Made by a program: the position numbers and the translations under genes. The notes under the pieces were generated by a model. The model had not been told where the DNA came from. It searched no databases and saw only the letters and a list, made by a program, of their open reading frames with translations. Below, piece by piece: positions 15,392-24,300 of a DNA stretch of 24,629 nt (its first letter is position 1; each line of letters opens with the position of its first letter). The stretch covers positions 1-24,629 of the forward strand of contig JBMORS010000024.1 in NCBI GenBank assembly GCA_049319925.1, given 5' to 3'. The DNA is from Patescibacteria group bacterium. GTDB lineage: Bacteria; Patescibacteriota; Patescibacteriia; Veblenbacterales; UBA10138.

Positions 15392-18300
15392 ATGTTTAAA
15401 CGAACACCCCTAAAACATTTATCAAGCCTCGCTGCTATTTTGACGGTGATGGTTATTTTATTGGGTGGTTATGTTTTTACACCCAAACCAGCCAGAGCTA
15501 TTCCTGTGGAAGATGTTTTGGGCGCGCCCATAAAATTAGCTAATTTTATTTGGGAAAAAGTAGAGTCAGCCGTCAGCTGGACCTTGGAGCATGGTGCTGC
15601 CATTGGTTTTAGAAACGCTGCTCGTACTTTTACTCAAAAAATAGCTTATGATGCGGCCGTTATGTTAGCATCGGGTGGTACTGGACAAACGCCGCTTTTT
15701 AGCTGGAAACGATTGGGTCAATCAGCTCAAGATGCGGCCGATGCTGCCGCTGGTTCTTTTTTGGACGGTATAACCAGTGGTGAAGCTTGGGGAAATTTTA
15801 ATGTTTGTCAGCCAACCGGTCCTAATGCCCCGTCGGTTAAGTTGATTATTGGTCTGACAGCTTTTAACGAACAAAAACCTCCGGTACCCAAATGTACTTT
15901 AAGTCAATTAAGGACTAATTGGGATAAAGCTTTAAACGATCCAACTGAACGTAAAAAATTCTTAAGTAATTTTAAAGTGGCTTTAGACCCTAAACAACAT
16001 GATTTGGGGGTAGCTTTGAATGTTCAGCAAAATTTGGTCAATGATGCTAATAGTAAAAAAGAATTGGCTAAATTGGAACAAGCAGCTAATCAGGGTTATA
16101 AAGATATTGTTCAATCTATCACCGGTTTTATTAAAACACCGGCTCGTAGCGTGGCTAACACTAAAGATTGGTCAGTACAGCAGGCTTTAAATGAGCCCTT
16201 GGTTTATACCGGCGATATTATGGCCGATGCTTTGGGAACCTTTACTAATACTTTGGCCGCCCGTTTGTTAAAAAGATTAATGCAGGGTGAAATACCGAAC
16301 CCAGCTTCCATTGGTCAAGGTTCAATTTTCGCGGCCGAGTTTGGCAGTGGTGTGGATTATGCCACCAGAGTTAACACCTCTATCGCCACGCCGCAAATTG
16401 TTGGCGGGGAAGTGATTGATGTTATAAGTGAATTTTCCAATTGTCCGCAGAATCAGGATTATGCGGCGCTTAATAACTGTACAATTGATTCTAAATTTGA
16501 ACGAGCTTTAAGGGGAGCTCAAGAGGGCAAGGCCTTGACGGTTCAGGAAGCAGTTGATCAAGGACTGCTTAATGGTAATTGGCCATTTAAGTTAGAAAGA
16601 CCGCGCGAGGTTAGAATACCCGACGCTTGGTATTTGTCTGATGTAACTAAATTAAGATTAGCTCGTATTTTGCCTTTGGGTTGGGAACTCGCTGCCCAAA
16701 AAGTCGGTTCACGCGGCATTACCCTTAATGAAGTTTTAAATAATTTTAGTCAACCCTACATTAATAACGACGTCAATCAGCCTAATCCTTATTATCATTT
16801 AATAGATCCTAATTGGATTTTAAAGGCGCCGTCAGCCCAGTGTCGCCTGCAAGGTTCTGGTCAAATTTTGGAACAGCAAGGTTCTAATCGTCAGGAATCT
16901 TGTGTTGATACTCAGCACTGTGTGGTGGAAAATCCCGACGGTACTTGCGCTTCTTGGGGTTACTGTACTAAAGAAAAAAATGTTTGGCGTTTAGGTGGAG
17001 ATAGTTGTGAATTTCCAACTGATTCTGGCCAAGCACCTTTTGCTTCTTGTCAGACTTTTTCGGCTGTGTCCGGTGGAGATACAGCTTCTTATCTAATTAA
17101 TTCTTTAGCTAGTTTTAATGATGGTGTTTGTACTGGAGCGGCTGGTTGTGGTTGGTATTCTACTGATTTTAATCCTTTAAGCACCGGAGCCGACCGCTAC
17201 AATTTGAATAATCGTCTTTATGTAAAGAATTTTGACCGTTATGCCTGTTCGTCTAATGATGAAGGTTGTACCTCTTTCTTACGTTTAAGTAATATTTCAA
17301 CTTCTTTAACAGCTGCTGGTGCTAATCCCGTGGAAAAGGTGGTAAATCAAGTTACAGGTTCATCAAGTCAGGTTTATTCAACCTATGCTACGGTAACAGA
17401 GGCTCATTTAAAACAAGCACCTGATTATTTAAAATGTTATGATAATGATCTAAGTAATGATTCAGCTGATTGCAAAAAGTATATTGGTTTTTGTTCAGCC
17501 AACGAAGTTGGTTGTGAACTTTATACTCCCCTGGATGGCACGCCAGCTGTACCTGGTCAGCCGCATCCGGATAATACTTGTCCAGGTGATTGCGTGGGTT
17601 ATCAATCTTATGAACAACAGGCTAGTAGTTTTAATCCGTCTGATAAAGCAACTAAATATTTTATAGCCAAGACAGCTCAATCTTGTCCGGCCGAGGCTGT
17701 TGGCTGTAGTGAATTTACCAATGTTGGTTTAGGAGAACAAAAAGAATACTTTACCGAGCTTAGGCAATGTATAAATTTGGGTGAGGGTGATAAAACTTAT
17801 TACACTTGGATAGGTTCGGATTTGACTGGTTATCAGCTTAAGCCTTGGCAGTTAAAGGCGGCTCCGGCTGATGATGATTATGATAGTTATCCGCCGCCGG
17901 CCACGATAGATAATTCTTTGGATTGTACGCCAGGCGGAATTTATCCAACCAGTAATCCCGATTGTAAACAATTTTACACTTCGGACGGCGCGGTTTATTA
18001 TCGTTTGGCTTCCAAAACTATCATAGCTTCAGATAGTTGTACTCGTTACCGTAAAACCGCCAGTAATCAGGCTGATTGTTTAGCTACGGGAGGCGGTTGG
18101 GAGGGCAATGCTTGTTATTATCGGGCTATAGCCAGCGCCAGTCAGACCTGTTCGGCTCAGTATAATGGTTGTCGTGAATATAAAGGGCCTAATGCCAACA
18201 GTGTAAAATTGGTTTTTCCTATTTCTACTTTTGGCGACAAAGAAGCTAATACTCGTTTAACTTATGATGCCACCCCATCCAGTGGTTGGTATTCAGGTAC

Positions 18301-21300
18301 ACCATCTAACGAGTCAACTTCAGCTTTTGGCCATTCGTATGATTCAGGTTCAGATGGCGTAATTTATAAGGATGTGGTGGGTTCGGTGGCCGCCGGACAA
18401 AAATATTTAGTGTCAGTTTGGGCTAAAAAAAGCGGCTTAGGTTCGGTGGCGGTTGTTGAAGATCAGCCGGAGGTTGTTTTAACTTCTCAGTCCGTAAATA
18501 ATTTAGGCTGGCTAAATCGATTAAGCAATTCTTTAAACCAGGCTAACAAGTTAGCTTGGCAAAATTTATTAGGTGGTTGGTCTTTGATTAATGAAGCCGT
18601 GGCTCAAACTGCCAGTGTATCTTTGCAGGCCAGTCCATCAGTTTTTGATAATACTGGTTTTAGTAATGCTTTTTCCACTAATTTAAGCTGGTCAGCTTCT
18701 ACTACCTCGACCGATGCCATAACTGTTAATATTCCCGGAGTTTTAAGTACTTCTTTCAAAGCTGACAGCCGTTGTTTTTATGCCGGTTCCAAAACCGATC
18801 AGCCTTGTACTAATAGTGATAGTTGTCGAGATTTAACACCGGCTTGCGTACCGCAGGATTTTAAGTGTAATAGTGGTTTGAATATTAATAAGGCTTGTTC
18901 ACCAACTGAAAATAGTTTTTGTCAGCAACCAACAGCCACTTGCCAATCAATTGATTATAAGTGTTCGGGCGGGCCCTATGATGGCAGTGCTTGTAATATT
19001 CAAAACGGTAGTTCGGATTGCCGTAATACCACAGCTACCTGTGTGGAGGGTAAATGTTCTAATAATGCCGCCTTATCTTGTACTAGTGATGCAACTTGTC
19101 GTAGTACCACGGCGGTTTGTGTAGCCACTAAAAAAGTTTGTTCTAATGAAAATACTAAACCTTGTTCAGTTGATGGTGATTGTCGTTATCCTACAGCTCA
19201 GTGTTTATCTACTATCAGCAAGTGTGACTCTGGTTTTAAGTCTGGCCAGGTTTGCAGCGTTAAGGATGATTGTATAGACAAGACGCCGGTTTGTAAGTCT
19301 GAACCAACCGGACCTAAATCCGGTACCATCCAGGTAAATTTGCCGACCCAAAGTTTTAGTGATGGTTATACTTTGCCGGTTTCTAAAACTTATGATTTAA
19401 CCGTTGTTTATAATGGTACTACCACGGTAAATCGTCAGGCGCCAGTACAAGTAAATAATCCACCAGGGACTTTTAACATAACAGCGCCAATTGACGGTTC
19501 TAGTAACCAATCTTTAAATCCGACTATCAGCTGGACAGCCTCAGCCCGGGCCAATAAATACGATATTGCTATTAGTGGTGGCACTACTTACAATACCACT
19601 ACTACGGCCACCAGTTTTACTGTGCCTAGCAATATTTTAACAGCTAATACTAGTTATACCGTTAAGGTTACAGCTAAAAATGACAGTTCTAAAATTCAGG
19701 AAAAAACCGTGCAGTTTACCACTCAAGCGTTAGCCACGCAGAATTTTACTATAATTTCCCCAGCTGATAATCCTTTGACAAACGATAATGAAATGGAAAG
19801 TCTACCTTTGCCTTTTACAGTAAGTTGGTCTAAATCAACTGATGCTGTTAGTTATGTGGCTATTTTGGAACAGCCGCAGGGGACGGTGGTTTTAGCCAGG
19901 ACCCTCGGAAAAGACGATTTCAGTATGCCGGTTAATGAAGGGGCTTTAAAGTTAAATACTCCCAATACCACCATTAGGGTAATTGCTTATAACTCGGCTG
20001 GTTTGGCTAACGAACAAAAAGTAGCTTTTCACACGCAAAGACCACCCACGGATTTTAATACCACCGATCCGCATGGAAGTAAATCTGTGTCAGCCAAAGT
20101 TAGTACGTCTCGGCCTAATTTTACTTGGCAGAAATCTTATTGGACGGAAACTTATAATGTCAGTTTGTGGCGTTATGATGAAGAGTCACCCACCAGTGAT
20201 CACTTGGTTAAGATAGCGGATAAGGCCGTTAACGGTTCTGTAACTAATTTATTTTTTGATGATTTAGACAAATTGGCTGGATTTACCGATTTAACTACAG
20301 GCCAAATTTATGCTTGGCGTATTACAGCCATTAACAAAGCCGGACAGGCTATTAGTGACGGCGGTCAATATTCTTATTTTATCTTATCAACTTTTACTCA
20401 GGAGTATGGGTCGTCTGATATTAATTTTTTTACTTTACCTAAAGAAGTTGGGTCTAATAAGGATATTCAATTACCATCAGCACCAACTGGTTTAGCCGCT
20501 AACCTGACGGCTTGTTCAGGTGATTGTCCGGCTGGTAAATATAAGGTTACTTTAACTTGGCAAGATAATAGCGATAATGAAACTGGTTTTACTGTTTATC
20601 GCGGTGATAATGGTCGAGCTGTTAGGCTTATACAAGTAGCCGCTAATCCTGGTACAGTAAGTTTTATTGATAGGGGTGTGGATCCGGATGATGGTCAGAC
20701 TAATAAAGGTTTAGCTGTGGACAGCCGATTTGTTTATCAGGTTAGAGCCTACAATACAGGCGGCGAATCTAAAGGTTTGACAGCCGTGGTTAGTACGCCG
20801 CGTACAACCATTTCAACTGATATTGGAAACGGCGAGACGCCGTCTGTTAACCAAGGCACAATTTATTTAAAAATGACTTTGAATGGTCAACCAATAGCTG
20901 GCGGTGGAGGTTACAGTCTTAATAATAATACGACAGGTAATAGTATTCCGGTTACTGGTTTGGTTTTGAGGTCTAATGAAGCGCCAGGCAATTTTGATTT
21001 TATTTGGCGCTCCGGCAGTCCAACCGGAGTTAGTGGGGCTACTGTTTATTCGGTAGAAGCTAACCCCGGCGGTAGTGAATCTTGTGTTGGTAATGACTGC
21101 GGTCCGGTTAGTGGTATTTTAGCGGCCGACAGCACTTTAACTTATACAGTAAACTATGTCAGCGCGGCCGAGTCTAGTCTTAATCCTCAGGCAACTATCA
21201 CCTTTAATTTAAACAGCAGTCAGTTAACTAGTGATTGGCAGCTTTATACCGTAGGTCCAATTGAATTACCCACTGGAGCAGATATTAGCCAAGGCGTTAG

Positions 21301-24300
21301 GGTACAACTCCAAGCGGCCGGTGTAAGATTCGTATCTGATAATATAACTGTACAAGAAGTTGGTGATAGATTCTTTTTGAAAAAAGATTCTTGGACCACG
21401 CCTGGCGTTTGTCAGCCCTCTGGCGACCAGCTTAGGTATTTGGGTTGCCGGGCCTATAAAGATAGGCAGAACCGAGCTTATTCTTTTACTGGTTTTGCTA
21501 AAATTTGCCGGCAGGAAGCTGTGGGTTGTGAAGCTTTGGTGGATACTAAAAATTCAGTAAGTCCGCAAGCTCAAAATTTTGTTATCAGTGGACAAAGTAT
21601 ATCTACTACCAAAGATGAAGTAGTTTATCGCATTTACGATAAAGCTAAACAGTGTTCAGCTCAAAATCAGTCTTGTCAAAGGCTTGGTCAACCCGGCTTT
21701 ACTGGCACTGGTGCTATTTCCGCTTGGTCTGACAAATTTATGAAGCTTGATCCTGATAACTTTAACGACAGCCCGACTTCACCGCTTTGTACTAAGGAAC
21801 AAGATCGCTGCCAGGAATATACAGCTAGCGGAAAAACTTATTATTTTAAAGATCCAGGCAATAGAACTTGTGAATATAAACAGCTTAGAGCTGGCCAGCC
21901 TTATGACTGGTATAAAAAAGGTACCAGTGAGCCTTGTAATCTACTTACCAATGGTAGCTTTGAGAATTTTTCCGCTGTCAGTGGTCTAAAAGGTTCGGGT
22001 CAGATAAACGATAACACTCAGGATTATTTTGTTGGTTGGGAAAGAAACGGTGCCACTGGCAACGAAGATAACCGGGGTCAATTATATGCTCAGCCGTCTT
22101 TTAACGGTCAGTATTGGGGTAGCAACATTTTACAAGTTAAAAGTACTAATGTTCAGTATTCAGGCGTGTGGTCGTCTCATATTACTTTAGAGCCTCAAGC
22201 TAACAATCGTTTATTCTTGATTTCCGCCCAAATATATGTGCCCAAGTCCGAACAGTTGCAAGGCGATTGGACATTGTCTAGGCACGCTTATCCTAAAGTT
22301 GGCACTGGTTGTGGCGGCAGCACTTGCCATCATTACGATGTCATAGCCGGTAATCCTACTGTAACTAATAGTGATGATAAAGGTAGTTGGCTTAGTCGTA
22401 GTTATATTATAAAAACTAGGCCCAATATAGACACTTTGTCGGTTGGTTTAATAACCAACGAAGGCGGTTTGCGTCAAACCAGCACTGTTTATTTGGACGA
22501 TGTCCGTTTATTGGAATTGCCTTCTAGTTTAACCGACGATCAAGCCAAAGAATTTTTGGCTGTGCCTTATGCTTATTTGTGCCCAGCTGAAATGTCTTCT
22601 TGCAAGGCTTTCCAGGATAATACCTTAACCAATCGGACTTATTATTATTTGGATAATGGCAAGTTAGACAGAACAACTTGCGGCGGTAAGGTGGGCGAAA
22701 AAGATGGTTGTTTGTTACTAAATAATTTATCTATGGGTGGTGAACTGGCTTGGTCAGCACCGTTAACTTATGAACAAAGCCGTAGTCAGGATAACACTCA
22801 GGTATCGCCCTTGGCGCCTAAAGGTGTTTGTTCCAATAATTTAAGTCAGACTTGTCAAAAGTCAGCTGATTGTCCAGGTGATGACGCCTACTGCTCTTTT
22901 GGTTCAGGCGTCCAACCTACTAGTAATACTATTTTGAAAGTTCAGCGCGATCGAGTTTGCGCCGAGTGGTTAGCTTGTCAAACTAGCACCACCATTACCG
23001 ATTCAGCTGGCAAGTCTAGGGAATTATGTTATTCTTTGGGCCGTTGTAATCAGGCTGCAATTGGCAACGCGGCCGGCGGCTGTGGTAACTGGCTGGAACC
23101 GGATAATGAACAACATCCTCTAGATGAAACTGATTATGTGGGTCGAAATATTACCTGGGCTGGTCAGGATTACACTGGTTACTCCATTCCGGGTTTGTGC
23201 TCGTTAGATGCCATTAATTCCAGTTCGGCTTGTTCGGTTTCTTTGGCTAGCACTAAAGCTTGCCGTTTGTATCCAGAAGTAGATTCCCCCTTCCCGGCCG
23301 AAGTAGCTACCTGGGATTCACAGAGCAAAGAAGCTAAGTTGGTCAGTCGGGCGCCGGGTTATAAGGACGCTAATGTTTGTCAGCCAAGTACCGATCCAGA
23401 TGAAAATTGTGAGTGCGCTTATCAGCGGGCGGTTTATAAGAATGGTGAAACCAGATTCTATAATTACCGCAGTCTGGCGTTGCCGACCATTAATGAACCA
23501 CCAGTTACTTGTGAATGTGGTACGGTTGGTTTGACGGACGATTGTCAGGAATTGTGCACGGAAAGAAGTAATCTTAAGCAGATAACTTACGCCCAGGGCT
23601 TAAAAGGTTATTGTTTGGAAAAAGATTCTTCCCGCAAAATAAACAACGGTATGGCCAATGCTTGTTTAACCTGGTTGCCGGTTGATGTAGTGCAAGGCGA
23701 AGTTTCCATTTATGACGATAAACCCAAGGCAGGTTTCACGGCACCGGGCGGTGGTGATTTATTTTATTGCACGGCCGCTCAGGGTAATGTCCAAAATGCC
23801 GGTGTCACCAAAGTTTATACTATGAATCCAATGGCTACTGCCTTACCTTATAATGGTAATACCTCGGTTTTACGTAAAGGGTATTGGGCTAAAACTGTTG
23901 ATGGAGCAGACTGGACTTATGGTAATGCTATTGGCGGCGTGGGCTGCGTTAATAAACCAATTGGTGTGTTTGATTTTAGCGATAGGCATGGTACTTGTTT
24001 GTCTATAAATAATATTAATAGTAATGTTTATTATCCTTTAGTTATTAATGGTCATGTGGATGCGGAATTGGGATTCGTGGTCGGTTTATCTGATTTGGAA
24101 AAACAACTAGGAGGTTTATCGGTTATTGACAGTGTTCAAATAGATTATCGTTTAAGAAAGTTTGGTGAAACGAGTGATCCCAATAATCCTTATAGTCCTA
24201 TCAAACTGAATCGTCAGGTTGTTAATGGTGCTCAGCAAAGGGCTTCTTGTAGTCAGTCTGGTTATAACAATTGTTGGATAAAAGCCAAGATAGATTTTAG

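Noticed and set aside
15377-15394. Stop-codon read-through fusing the in-frame membrane protein and giant ORF
   Set aside because: Two in-frame stops (TAA 15377, TGA 15386) intervene, and the giant ORF has its own signal peptide.
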